NCBI GenBank assembly: GCA_030390025.1
Contig: CM059425.1
Span: 174,284,001-174,348,000 of the forward strand
Source of the DNA: Squalus acanthias
Lineage: Eukaryota
Direction of reading: 5' to 3'
Length of the DNA stretch: 64,000 nt
Numbering within the stretch: the first letter of the stretch is position 1; the number at the start of each line of letters is the position of its first letter. Positions 12,976 through 26,406 of this stretch are shown here, piece after piece. Under the pieces are notes generated by a model, which saw only the letters and a list, made by a program, of their open reading frames with translations, ran no database searches and was not told the origin of the DNA. The position numbers and the translations under genes were made by a program.

Positions 12976-13199
12976 TAATGTGTGCAAATGTGTTCTCACA
13001 GGTTGGAAAACTTTGCCCGTATCTTTGATTTGCCTACATATTTTTTGATTTTATTTTCCTTAACGAGTTCCTGATGTGGATCTCAAACTGCCAGAGTGAG
13101 GGACTCTGGTCACTTTCAACTTTTTGGCTTCTAGCCACAGTAAAGGATAATACTGAACAGCATAGGTTTCCCTTTGGAAATTCTTCTGTATGCAGTATT

Positions 13200-14270
13200 A
13201 ATGAAAGAGGAGAAGACCGAGTGTGACAGCATTGGAGAAGAATGAGGTCAATCCACCACTAAACATCCCCCTGTACATGTTTATAGGCCCAGGACCTCCT
13301 ACGAGGGCTTGACTGAAGAATTGTGTCCTTGTAGACTTGGATTCACTATAGAATCCCTTAATGACCTGTACCAGTTTCTACATCCAGAACTGAATTCCAG
13401 ATCAACTGCCTAAACAGCTCTGCCAATGGCAGTCAAATTGAGTACAGATCTTAACTGTTATGCCTCTGGCTCATTTGCGGCTGCAATGGGGGAATCTCTG
13501 TAACATGACACAAGCTGTTGACTGGTCCTGAATTTACCAGGTCATTTTTCGGAAAGCTGGAGTATAAATCATTTTGGAATGACACAAAGACAGTTGCTTG
13601 AAAGAGCCATTCAGTTCTATAATGTTGCTGGATTTCCCAAAGTTCAAGGGCAATAGATAGGAATTGCATTGTATTCTAGATATCTACTGTGAACCCATTG
13701 AATTTCCTGAATAGAAAGGGATTACACTTTCTGAATGTTCAAATTGTTTGTGACCAGCATCAAGTTCTCCATGTCATTATCAAATTGGCAGGGAGTGTCA
13801 CAATACTTTTGTTATGAGGCAGTCCAGCATCCTAGTTCTACTGAGATAAGAGTGTTAAGATTCTAGGCAACAAGACGCACCTCTTGCTTCAATGACTCAT
13901 GACACCACTTCGAGTGCTAAACTCACCAACTGTACATTGATACATTAAGGCACATTCACCAACTATAGCAGCCACTGAGAGAACTATTAGGATACTAAAG
14001 GGAAGGTTCCAGTGTCTTGATAGATCAGAAGGGAGTGGCAGAATGCTCCCAAGCATGTGTCTTGCATCGTGATTGCTTGCCATGCTTAACACTATTTCGT
14101 AATGCTAAAAGGATTGGAATTTTAATCTTTGGAGGAGGAAAGACCAGCTGCTGTGGAGGTGGCGCCACCCAAAATCCAACATCAGAGTGATCTTGAATCA
14201 GAGGACATTCCGGTCCTGGCTGCCAGAGAAATATCTAGGCAGATTATTTGTAAGACATTTTCCAGATTAA
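13200..14270 (+). pseudogene. Decayed PIF/Harbinger DDE transposase (HARBI1-like)
   Basis: Frame-broken peptides YRPRTSY, AGFPKVQGAID, FLNRKGLHFLNVQIVCD, ERTIRILKGRFQCLDRS. Confidence 0.82.
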
Positions 14271-16331
14271 CAGCACCCTACTGACTGCACATCCAGCATC
14301 CAGCCTTCATAGCTACATTAATATAAATACAAGTTGTTGTTGTTGTTAATATTTCCATGTGTAAACATCTGTGTTTGGGTCTCTCAAAACAACCATGCCA
14401 TTTCACCCCAACCAGACCTCTCAAAACCTAATAAACTCATTGATCAACAGATCCAGTGCAAATGACAAAATCTAATTTATTATGATTCTTAAGTGCACAT
14501 TCTATCTAAGGCCCTACATCTCATCACCCTGCTTCACCTGGAACCGCTTACTTCAGTTGTCCTTTATTGATCCATATCTTGGTCATACACTCCTGCATAA
14601 CACCTAGATGTTAATTTATACAGTGTTCCGCAGAATTTCCGTGATTTTTTTGTGCCTACGAAATGTTTCAGCATTCTCTGTTTGAAGATAGCTACACTAA
14701 GGGCCCTTTGCCCTGGAAATGCAGCAGTAGCAACTAGTGACATGGACCTCTGCAAGCTGCCTGGTGTCATCCTTGAAGCTTGCCTTGGCCATGGCCTTAT
14801 GCTATGCTAGTCAAGTTTCAGGAATTTTTGATCATTATTTGACAGAAATGATCTGGGAATGTGATATTTAAATGTGTTTTAAAATTAAGTAAATTTACAC
14901 AGGTTTAAAATCATAGAATCATAGAAATTTACAGCACAGACGGAGGCCATTCGGCCCATCTTGTCCGTGCCGGCCGACAAAGAGCTATCCAGCCTAATCC
15001 CACTTTCCAGCACTTGGTCTGTAGCCTTGTAGGTTACGGCACTTCAAGTGCATATCCAAGTACTTTTTAAATGTGATGAGGGTCTCTGCCTCTACAACCC
15101 TTTCAGGCAGTGAGTTCCAGACCCCCACCACCCTCTGGGTGAAAAAATTTCTCCTCAAATCCCCTCTAAACCTCCTACCAATTACTTTAAATCTATGCCC
15201 CCTGGTTATTGACCCTTCTGCTAAGAGAAATAGGTCCTTCGTATCCACTCTATCTAAGCCCCTCATAATTTTATACACCTCAATTAGGTCTCCCCTCAGC
15301 CTCCTCTGTTCCAAAGAAAACAACCCCAGCCTATCCAATCTTTCCTCATAGCTAAAATTCCCCAGCGCAGGCAACATCCTCGTAAATCGTGCAATCACAT
15401 CCTTCCTGTAATGTGGTGACCAGAACTGCACGCAGTATTCTAGCTGCAGCCTAACTAGTGTTTTATACAGTTCAAGCATAACCTCCCTGCTCTCGGCTAA
15501 TAAGGCCAAGTATCCTGTATGGCTTCTTAACCACCTTATCTACCTGTCCTGCTACCTTCAGGGATCTGTGGACATGCACTCCAAGGTCAATCTGATCCTC
15601 TGCACTTCTCAGTGTCCTACCATTTGTTGTGTATTCCCTTGCCTTGTTAGCCCTCCCCAAATGCATTACTTCACACTTCTCTGGATTGAATTTCATTTGC
15701 CACTGTTCTGCCCACCTGACCAGTCCATTGATATCTTCCTGCAGTCTACAGCTTTCTTCTTCATTATCAACCACACGGACAATTTTTGTATCATCTGCAA
15801 ACTTCTTAATCGTACTTCCTACATTCAAGTCCAAATCATTGATATATACCACAAAAAGCAAAGGACCCAGTACTGAGCCCTGCGGAACCCCACTGGAAAC
15901 AGCCTTCCAGTCACAAAAACACCCTTCAACCATTACCCTTTATTTCCTGCCAGTGAGCTAATTTTGGATCCAACTTGCCACTTTGCCTTGGATCCCATGG
16001 GCTTTTACTTTCCTGACCAGTCTGCCATGCGGGACCTTATCAAAAGCCTTGCTAAAATCCATATAGACTACATCAAATGCACTACCCTCATCGAACCTCC
16101 TCAAAAAATTCAATCAAGTTAGTCAGACACGACCTTCCCTTAACAAATCCATGCTGACTGTTCCTGATTAATCCGTGTCTTTCTAAATGAAGATTTATCC
16201 TGTCCCTCAGAATTTTTTCCAATAATTTTCCCACCACTGAGGTTAGGCCTGTAATTACTCAGTCTATCCCTTTCTCCCTTTTTAAACAACGGTACCACGT
16301 TAGCAGTCCTCCAGTCCTCTGGCACCACACC

Positions 16332-16917
16332 AGTCGGGGAACACTTCAGCAGTCAAGGACATTCAGCCTCGGATCTGCGGGTAAGCGTTCTCCAAGGCGG
16401 CCTTAGGAAAACACGACAACGCAAAATCATCGAGCAGAAACTGATAGCCAAGTTCCGCACTCATGAAGACGGTCTCAATCGGGATCTTGGGTTTATGTCA
16501 TGATACACGATGTGATCCGGACTCGAGTCGTCGTTGGCTTGTTCACAGATGTGATTCCCAGTAAAAAAGTAAAAATTTTAAAGTTAATCTTTTTACATAC
16601 AGACGGCAGCTTTTGACACGTTAGACCCCATGCGACTCCACCTCATTGTCTCAGTTGTATCTTGCTATGTCTTTGATGTGGTACCTTCCTGGCTGACCTG
16701 ATTAACTTTATCACACCTCGGCAGATAAACAGTCAGGATGATTGAATTTAGTTGTCTGCAATTGTAAGTTACACATGCATTGTTCTCTATCTATATATGC
16801 TTTGACGATTCTGTATCTCCTCACTTCACCCGACGAAGGAGTTGTAACTCCGAAAGCTTGTGATTTAAAATAAAACTGTTGGACTATAACCTGGTGTTGT
16901 ACGACCTCTCAATTTTG
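16332..16917 (+). mobile_element. Penelope-like element 3' fragment (GIY-YIG C-term + 3' UTR)
   Basis: VGEHFSSQGHS...GLNRDLGF; 3' UTR closely matches the reverse complement of 25985-26410; 8-bp TSD ACCACACC. Confidence 0.9.
16826..16863 (+). ncRNA. Minimal type-I hammerhead ribozyme motif, core mutated (CCGACGA)
   Basis: TCAC-CCGACGA-A-GGAGTT/gt/AACTCC-GAAA-GC-TT-GTGA. Confidence 0.65.
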
Positions 16918-19029
16918 ACCACACCTGTAGCCAGAGAGGATTGGAAAATGATGGTCAGAGCCTCTGCTATTTCCTCTCTTACTTCTCTTAACCGTCTGGG
17001 ATACATTTCATCCAGGCCTGGGGATTTATCCACTTTCAAAGATGCTAAACCCTTTTATACTTCCTCTTTCACTATGTTTATTTCATCTAATATTTCACAC
17101 TCCTCCTCTCTGATTGCAATGTCTGCATCATCCCTCTCTTTTGTGAAAACAGACACAAAGTATTCATTAAGAACCATACCCATGTCTTCCGCCTCCACAC
17201 ACAGGTTACCTTTATGGTCCCTAATAGGCCCTACTCTTACTTTAGTTATCCTCTTGCTCTTAATGTATTTATAAAACATCTTTGGGTTTTCCTTGATTTT
17301 ACTTGCCAATATTTTTTCATGCCCTCTCTTTGCTTTCCTAATTTCCTTTTTAATTTCACCCCTGCACTTTCTATACTCCTCTAGGGTTTCTGCAGTATTG
17401 AGCCCTCGGGATCTGTCATAAGCTTCCCTTTTTTTCTTTATCCTACCCTGTATGCCCCTTGACATCCAGGGAGCTCTAGATTTGTTAGTCCCACCCTTTT
17501 TCTTTAAGGGAACATACTTGCTCTGAACCCTCACTATCTCCTCCTTGAATGCCTCCCACTGCTCTGACACTGATTTACCTTCAAGTTTCTGTCTCCAATC
17601 TACTTTGGCTAAATCACATCTCAGCTTAGTAAAATTAGCTTTTCCCCAAGTGAGAACTTTTATTCCTGGTCGATCCTTGTCCTTTTCCATAACTACCCTA
17701 AATCTAACTGAATTATGATCACTACCACCAATATGCTCTCCCACTGATACCTTTTCCACCTGCCCAGCTTCATTCCCTAAAACTAGGTCCAGAACCGCCC
17801 CCTCTCTTGTTGGGCTTGCTACGTACTGGCTAAAAAAATTCTCCTGAATGCATTTTAAGAATTCTGCTCCCTCTATACCTTTCACACTAATTTTATCCCA
17901 GTTAATATTAGGAAAGTTGAAATCCCCTACTATTACTGCCCTATTTTTGCACGTCTCAGAAATTTGCCTACATATTTGCTCTTCTATCTCCCTCTGACTG
18001 TTTGGGGGTCTATAGCACACTCTCAGCAGTGTGATTGCCCCTTTTTTGTTTTTCAGTTCAACCCATATGGCCTCATTGGATGATCCTTCGAACATATCGT
18101 TCGAAGGATCATCCCTCCTCACAGCTGTAATTGTTTCTTTAATCAATATTGCGAACCCCCCCCCCCCCCCCTCCTTTCTTATAGCTGCTGAAAGAAAGTG
18201 GGGATTGTGTTAAAAGAAAGAGTGGACTGATGTGTTAATAAGCTAATTATCCTTACTGTTTTCCACAGTGACCAAGTATAATAAATAACTCATTATCTCG
18301 CAGTAGGTATCCACTTGAGACAGTATTCTTGAGTACAGAACAGGGGGTTGTCTGCTGAGAATATACTCTTGCGAAGGAAGTAGCTGGTTTAGTTTACAGG
18401 TCTACTAGCAAATCCCTGAGCATGAAAGAAGTTGAGGGAAACAGCCCTCCTACTTCCTGGGAATACAGGGATAAACAATGTCACCCACCCACTCATCGAG
18501 AGTGTCTTCTGTCAATTGGACTGGGTGCTCCTAATTGATCACAAGCACCATTTTAGCATTAGAGAGATAGATTTTCATTTTATTCATAAGGTTGCAATTT
18601 GGAATGTTAGTTTAAGTTATATTTAGCAGGAATTGCTTCTGATGTCTACAGCATTAGTTTTGGTCCAAAAATAAATTGGAACTATGCTACTATATATTTA
18701 GATACAAGAATATATTTAGCAGGCTCTACTCCAATTAAATGTCCCATTTCATGGCTGTGCAAAAGAACTGAGAATGAATGCCAGCAAACAGTGAACTTTA
18801 TGGATAAGAAAAATATAATGATGAATTGAGTAAATGTATGTTCGGGTCCAATGTTTGTTTGGATTAAACTATTTATAATGTTTGAAAAGAGATAATAATG
18901 GAGCAGTCTGTTGGAAGGAAGAAAAGATGGATCATTGCAATGATTATTACTCAATATAAAATGTAATTGTAGGCCTGGATTGTCTGCTTCTGCGTCACCA
19001 GCCTGCCCATTTGTGGGGGATGCACAAGA

Positions 19030-20095
19030 AGCCAGAATCAGAGGAACAGAGAGTTTTGGAGGTGGGGTGGGGGGTGTTTACAGAGATAGGGAGGGGCGAG
19101 GACATGAAGGGATGTAGCACAAGTTTTAAAATTTAAAATTGGAGCTAAAGTAGGTCAGTGAAGACGGGTGATGGGTGAGTGAGACTTGGTGCAGTATATG
19201 ATATGGACAGCAGAGTTTCGGATGAGTTGAGGTTTATGGAAGGTGGAAGACGAGAGACCAGTCAAGCGATCATTGGAATAGTTGAGTCTGGAGGTGACAA
19301 AGGCATGAAGGAAGGTTTCAGCAACAGATGGTGCTGAGGCAGGAGTGGAGGCAGGTAATGTTACTGAGGTGGAAGTGGGCAGTCTTTGTGATGGATAGGC
19401 TATGGGGTCGGAAGCTCAGCTTGGGGTTAAATAGGATGCTGAAGTTCCAAACCGTCTGGTTCAGCCTAAGACGGTGGCCAGGGAGGAGGATGGAGTCGGT
19501 TGCATGGATACAGAGTCACAGAGGATGTCATTTGTGACTTTGGTTAGGGCTACTTCAGTGCTGTGGACGGGGTGGAAACCTGATTGGAAGATTCAAACGG
19601 CAGGAAAGACAGACATAGAAGTGGCATTGGAAGGCGGTGAGGGAATGTGGGTGGTGAGGGTAAGTGTTGGAAATGGTGTTGTCTCATATCCATACTCATG
19701 GCCACACCCACAATCTTGCCATCTCCTGTGGCCTCTTCCATGGTCTCTATCAGTTTATAATTGAGGGAGAAGTTTAGGGAGGACAGAAGTTCAGTGAATT
19801 CAAAGGAGAGAGGGCAAGGGGAGCTGAGATGAAGATTGAAATCACCGAGGATGAGGAGTCACAGTGCAGAGGCTGACGGAGGAAAGGAGGGAGGATATCT
19901 CGGTTGAAACTTGGGGTGGTTTGGGGAGCAGTATTCAATGAGAATTTTAAAGGAAAGACGCGAGGGGTGGAACAAAGTGAGGTGCATGATTTCGGAGAAG
20001 GTATCAGAGGAGTAGGAAGGGAGAGAGACAAAGGTGTGATTTAGTGACAAGGGCCACACTGCCACTGGGCGGGGTAGGTCATGGAAACTCACTGA
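19030..20095 (-). mobile_element. Degraded L2 LINE fragments
   Basis: Reverse-complement similarity to L2 RT 3' segments (e.g. 60350-61000) and L2 APE segments. Confidence 0.65.
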
Positions 20096-20099
20096 GCAG

Positions 20100-23035
20100 C
20101 AGAGGCAGAGTATATTTGGTGAAATTAAAAATCAAGGAGTGATGTCACAGGACAGCAGGTAGGTGATTAGTGAGTATTACAACTTTTTTTTGCTCTCTAA
20201 GTTAGAGTAGTGGGTTAAATTAAGAGCTGGAAAAATAATAACTGCTATTACTTTATTAAATTAATAACAAACTAGATTAACTAATTAAAGCTAAAAATAA
20301 TCAATTGGAATAAAAACTTGAACTAATTAAACAAACAAAATAAGGTTAGATAGAGATGGCAGGGCAGATAGTGTGTCGTAACTGCAGCATGTGGGAGTTT
20401 GTGAAGAGCAGTGAGAACCCAAGCAACCACATCTGTGGATAAGTGTCTGCAACTTGAGGAACTTCAGCTCAGAGTTGTTGAGCTGAAGTCTGAGCTGCAG
20501 ACATTGCGATGCATCAGGGAGGGGGAGAGTTACCTGGCCACTTTGTTCCAGGAGGCAGTCACACCCCTTAGGTTAAGTAGTTCTTTGGAGTTAGTCAGTG
20601 ATCAGGGACACGAGGGTGTGACTGTGAGTCAGGCAGGTATGGAGACCCAGGATGTAGTGATGGAGGAGCCTCAGCCCTTGACCTTGCCAACAAGTACGAG
20701 GGTGAGAACAAGGACTGCAAGGAGGATGGGCAAACTGACCACGGCACCGTGGTGCAGGGAGCCATTCAAGTGGGGGTGTAAAAAGGAATGTGGTAGTGGT
20801 AGGGGACAGTATAGTCAGGGGGATAAATACTGTTCTCTGCAGCCACGAGCAGGAGTCTCGAAGGCTGTGTTGCCTGCCTGGTGTTAGGGTTAAGGATATC
20901 TCCTCACGGCTGGAGTAGAACTTGGAGCGGGAGGGGGAGGATTTAGTTGTCGTGTTTCACGTAGGAACGAACGACATAGGTAGAACTAAGAATGAGGTTC
21001 TTCTGAGGGAGTTTGAGGAGCTAGGGCCTAAATTAATAAGCAGAACCTCAAAGGTAATAATCTCGGGAGCTGTTCCGTTGGGACGGGCTCCACTTAATCT
21101 GGGCTGGGACCAGTGTCCTGCCGAATTGAATAACTAGGGCTGTAGATCGGGCTTTAAACTAAAAGGAGGGGGATGGGACAGGCAAGGGGAAATTTAGAAA
21201 TCTAAAGAGAAAAGTCAAGGCAATAGAGGAGTGTAGGGAATTGGGTAAAGATTGGATGAAGTGAGAAAGGATCTTGGCTCAGAAGATCAGGAAGTAGAAT
21301 CAGCATGAGTGGAGATAATAAAAAACAAGGGGCAGAAAACACTGGTGGGAGTAGTTTATAGGCCCCCTAACAGTTGTTATACAGTTAGACCGAATATTAA
21401 TCAACAAATAATAAGAGCTTGTAACAAAGGTAATGCAATAATCATGGGGGACTTTAATCTTCATATAGACTGGGTAAATCAAATTAGCAAATGTAGTCGG
21501 AGAACGAGTTCACGGATTTCATTTGAGACAGTTTCCTAGAACAATACATCATGGAACCAACCAGTGAACAAGCTATTTTAGATCTTGTATTGTGTAATGA
21601 GACAGGGTTAATTAGTAATCTCATAGTAAAGGATCCTCGGGGAAGAGTGATCATAATATGATTGCGTTTCACTTTGAGTTTGAGAGTGACATTCTTAAAT
21701 CCGAAACTAGTCCTGGCCAATATTTATCCCTGAATCAAACATAACAAAAACAGATTATCTGGTCATTATCACACTGCTGTTTGTGGGAGCTTACTGTGCG
21801 CAAATTGGCTGCCATGTTTCCTACATTACAACAGTGACTACGCTTCAAAAAGTACTTCATTGGCTGTAAAGTGCTTTGAGATGCCCGGTGGTCGTGAAAC
21901 GCGCTATATAAATGCAAGTCTTTCTTTTCTTTCTTTATGTATTAGCATGAATAGAGGATTGGTTAACCGACAGAAAACGGAGAGTAGGGATAAACAGGTC
22001 AATTTCAGGTTGGCAGGCTGTAACTAGTGGGGTGCTGCAAGGATCAGTGCTTGGGCCTCAGCTATTTACAATCTATATTAATGACTTAGATGAAGGGACC
22101 GAGTGCAATGTATCCAAGTTTGCTGACGATACAAAGCTAGGTGGGAAGGTAAGCTGTGAAGAGGACACAAAGAGCCTGCAAAGGGATATAGACAGGTTAA
22201 GTGAGTAGGCAATACAGTGGCAGATGGAGTATAATGTGAGGTTATTCACTTTGGTAGGAAGAATAGGAAAACAGAATATTTTTTTAAATGGTGAGAAACT
22301 ATTTAATGTTGGTGTTCAGAGAGATTTAGGTGTCCTAGTACAGGAAACACAGAAAGTTAGCATACAGGTACAACAAGCAATTAGGAAGGCAAATAGCATG
22401 TTGGCCTTTATTGCAAGAGGGTTGGAGTACAAGAGTACAAAGTCTTGCTACAATTGTACAGAGCTTTGGTGAGACCACACCTGGATTACTGTGCAGAATT
22501 TTGATCTCCTTATCTAAGGAAGGATATTCTTGCCTTAGAGGCAGTGCAACAAAGGTTCACTAGATTGATTCCTGGGGTGAGAGGGTTGTCCAATGAGGAG
22601 GGATTGATTAGATTGGGCCTATACTTTATGGAGTTTAGAAGAGAGTGATTTCATTGAAATGTATAAGATTCTGAGGGGGATTAATAGGATAGATGCTGAG
22701 AAATTGTTTCCCCTGGCTGGGGAATCTAGAACTAGGGGGCATAGTCTCAGGATAAGGGGTCGGTTTTGAAGACTGAGATGAGGAGGAATTTCTTCACCCA
22801 GAGGGTTGTGAATCTTTGGAATTCTCTACCCCAAAGGGCTGTGGATGCTGAGTTGTTGAGTATATTCAAGGCTGAGATAGATAGATTTTTGGACTCTAGG
22901 GGAATCAAGGGATATGGAGATCGGGCGGGAAAGTGGAATTGAGGTCAAAGATCAGCCATGATCTTATTGAATTGCGGAGCAGGCTTGAGGGGCCATATGG
23001 CCTACTCCTGCTCGTAGTTCTTATGTTCTTATGTA
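20100..23035 (+). mobile_element. CR1 LINE(s): 5' UTR, ORF1, APE, RT, 3' tail; internally deleted, with a SINE insert
   Basis: ORF1 LQLRVVELKSELQTL and HVGTNDIG; APE GVVYRPP, GDFN; RT KFADD, RDLGV; TTCTTATG tail. Confidence 0.88.
21710..21935 (+). mobile_element. Deu-SINE 3' half
   Basis: Homologous to 56435-56655. Confidence 0.75.
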
Positions 23036-23159
23036 TAGCTAGGCGGAAGGGCTTCAGAAAGGGCAAGGTGTCACCATCTTAAAGCCAATTCTCTTAAAGC
23101 CAGGATGTTAATGCACACAACATCTACTGCCTTCGTTTATCTATCCAATGAATCACCCC

Positions 23160-24060
23160 TTCAAAAAAAACATTACATTTGTCAAACAGGATTTGTCTTT
23201 AACAAATCTGTGCTGGCTGTTGTTTATTAACCTATGTATTTCTAAATGGTCATTAACTTGATCTTGTATTACGGATTCCAAGAGTTTTCCCACAAATTGC
23301 AATAGAGTAAATGGCCTACTAGTTTATCTTTCTCTCTCCTATTGGACAAAGATATTACATTGGCTACTCGCCAGACCCATAGCACAATTTGCATATTTAA
23401 GAATTATGGTCATAACTTCTGCTATTTCCTCTATGACTTCTTTCAATAGACTAATGTCCATGCCATCAGGACCTAAGGGATTTATCCGCCTTGAATTCTT
23501 CTAATTTTTTTTGGAACCAATTACTTTTCAAGTTATCTTTAACAATTGCTCCACTAGTACACCTACGTTCTCACTTTCAAAACTAATGCAAAATATTTCT
23601 TTAATATCTCTGCATCATTAATAACTCCATCCTCCATATTTATACTCGCTCCTTCATCCCCGAGAGGTCCTACCCTCTCTTTAACTATTCTCTTGCTTTT
23701 TATATGCTTATAAAATCACTTGCTATTTTCTTTTATATTATCTGCTTTTTTCATATTCCTCTTTCGCCATTCCAATCTCCCTGTTCACCTTCCCATTACA
23801 CTTTCTATGTTTCTCAGGATTTGCTTTTGTATTATTAATCCTAATTTTGTCATATGCATCCCTTCTAAAGATTCAGTTTAGTTTTAGTCTATTTATCCAT
23901 GGAATCTATTCTTTAATGCAGTCCCTTTTTGACTTATAAAAATACATTTATTTTGTACTCTGTCTAACATATATTTGAAGATTCCCCACTCTTGATCTAT
24001 TACCCTGTTTGCTAACTTTACTGCTCAGTTAATTTAGGCCAGATTTCATCTTAGTGAATT
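23160..24060 (-). mobile_element. Ancient, AT-decayed CR1 fragment
   Basis: Diverged similarity to 890-1800 (e.g. TTTAACAAATCTGTGCTG, CCATCAGGACC). Confidence 0.6.
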
Positions 24061-24681
24061 GAACATATGCTGATAATGGTTAGACTTATAGTTCTAAGCT
24101 GAGCAGAAACTCATAAATCTAAATTGCTGTAATTATAAATTCCCGTAAATGTGACCGGCCCAGAAATCATCTTAATTATTAGGGTATTATATAGCACAAT
24201 ATACAGAGCTTGTTTTGGTATCACAATTCAGAAGAATTTAAAACAGCAAAACAAGTTTAATTATCATCTTTTCCCATGCTAGCAATTGTATGAAATTTAT
24301 ATGAAATAAATTTTCAAATTCACTCATTAATTTATCGGAAAAAATGCTACTTTAAAAAAAAAGGAAACCTACATAAATACGATTATTTAATTTTTGTAAG
24401 TGTTCAACTTAGTACTAAAGTTGTCATCAGAAAAACATTCCACAGCCAGGCCCATACGGATATCAGAAATATTGCATTTGGTGCTTACTGTAATGTTGGG
24501 AAAGTTGTGTAAAGCGCAGTCATATAAATGCCATCTGTAATTAACTTTCTTGACTTTGTCATATATCACTTGTCCTATAGAATCTGGCATCTTGAGTCCT
24601 CAGGTACCATATAGGGCATCTAGAATCTTGAATTCCTTCATCCCATAATACACACAGTGGTGCCTTGTTTAATGAAATGAT

Positions 24682-25422
24682 GGCCCGTATTTTCCGATGC
24701 CTACAGGTGTGTACGGGCTGTGTACACACCCATGGGAACATCGGAAATGCCGGTTTCAGGCCTGCGCTGAAAACCGGCATTTCCGATCTGTCAAGAATGC
24801 TCTTGACAGATCGGACGCCTGCCCTAGAGAAGGGCCTCTGTGGGGGGAGAGTTCTGCTTTCTGCAGAACCTCCGCCCACAGAAAACCCTTAGAAATCTTA
24901 CGCCTGGTAAAAGCAGGTGTAAGGCCTGCTTTTACCAGCATAAGAGTTGAAAAAAAGTTTTAAAAAATGTTTCACTCATTTATAATTTAAAAATACTTTT
25001 AAAAAAGGTAAGTTTATTTTTAGCCCCGTAAAAAACTTTAATTATTTTTTTCAAAAAATTAAATTTTTGTTTAAAATATTTAATTTATTGTAATTTTAAC
25101 TCATTTTAAAAATGTGATTTAAAAAATAAATTATTTAATGTTTTACTCTGCTTTTGGGGTGATCTCCATTCATATATTTGACAGGTCTGTCAAAAGTATG
25201 AAGGGAGATTCCCTTCTTTCATTGGTTCCCCATGGCCCACGTGATCCCAGGGATGCTTGCGAACTGCCTGCGCCTCTGGGATACGTGGGCCCTGCGCATT
25301 TCGACTTGAGACCCCCAGGAGCGGAAGTGTACGCACCTCGGGAGCCCTCAGGTAAGTTCGTAGATTTTTTTCCGATAGGAGGCATCCGCACGCAGGAAGC
25401 CCCCTATCGGAAATTACGGGCC
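24682..25422. mobile_element. Harbinger-type MITE, family A-related subfamily (reverse orientation)
   Basis: TIR GGCCCGTATTTTCCGAT...ATCGGAAATTACGGGCC; internal homology to 2361-3113 and 43807-44475. Confidence 0.88.
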
Positions 25423-26030
25423 ATTAAGTCCCAAAGGATGCAATCTCTCTAATCTAGCTAATGCAGTACTTAGAAAGCAGACCACAGTGAAGGAGATATT
25501 AAATACTACCAGAAAGCAAATTCTCGGATAATAAATCGAAAAGTCTTGGTCAGTCATCTTTGCCAGAGGGACACAACAAATTACCAGTTTCCAAGAATTT
25601 CTTTGTGAGTTAATGTACCAGTGCTGGAAAGGAATTAAAGCCACTGGTCCAGAAGCTTTAGGGTCTTATGGCTACAGTCCAAAAAAGGGACATACCCGTT
25701 GGCACTTCCAGTAAACGGCTGCCGGTCAGGAAAATGAGGTAGAAGGTGTGCTGCTGTCACTTACGTCGCATTGCCATGCGATTTACATGTTCCCGTCTGT
25801 TCCAAGCAAAACATTACAAAGCTCCAGCAGCAAATCCCCCCCGAGGTGTGTATGAAACAGAAACATTTGAAAATCACTGCAGTAGAGTTCCAGCTGGGAC
25901 CAGGGTAAAGATTTAGCTAGTTTCAAAACTCTAGCAAAAAATGTCTGCAAAATGAGTTCCTCTGTTAGGTTTAATATAAAATTGAGAGGTCGCACAACAC
26001 CAGGTTATAGTCCAACAGTTTTATTTGAAA

Positions 26031-26073
26031 TCACAAGCTTTCGGAGCTATCGATTTGCTCCTTCCTCAGGTGA
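26031..26073 (-). ncRNA. Minimal type-I hammerhead ribozyme motif
   Basis: Reverse complement: TCAC-CTGAGGA-A-GGAGC(aaatcgata)GCTCC-GAAA-GC-TT-GTGA; core intact. Confidence 0.8.
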
Positions 26074-26406
26074 AGTAAATTAGATACAGAATCTCCAAAG
26101 CATATATAGATGGAAAACAAAGAATGTGTACTTTACAATTGCAGACCAATAAATTAAATCATCCTGACTATCTGCCGAGGTGTGATAAAGTTAATTAAGT
26201 CAGCCAGGAAGGTACCACATCAAAGACATAGCAAGATACAACTGAGACAATGAGGTGTAGTCGCAGGGGTTCTAACGTGTCAAAAGCTGCCGTCTGTATG
26301 TAAAACGAAAAGCTTTAACATTTTTTTACTTTTTTACTGGGAAAATGTTTACTTTTTTTACTGGGAATCACATCTGTGAACAAGCTAACGACGACTCGAG
26401 TCCGGA

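Larger units (their letters stand above)
14908..18165 (-). mobile_element. CR1 LINE (APE, RT, 3' UTR), interrupted by a PLE fragment
   Basis: ORFs 14994-15509, 15472-15933 (KFADD), 16140-16328 and 17055-18146; (ATCATAGA) tail repeats. Confidence 0.93.
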
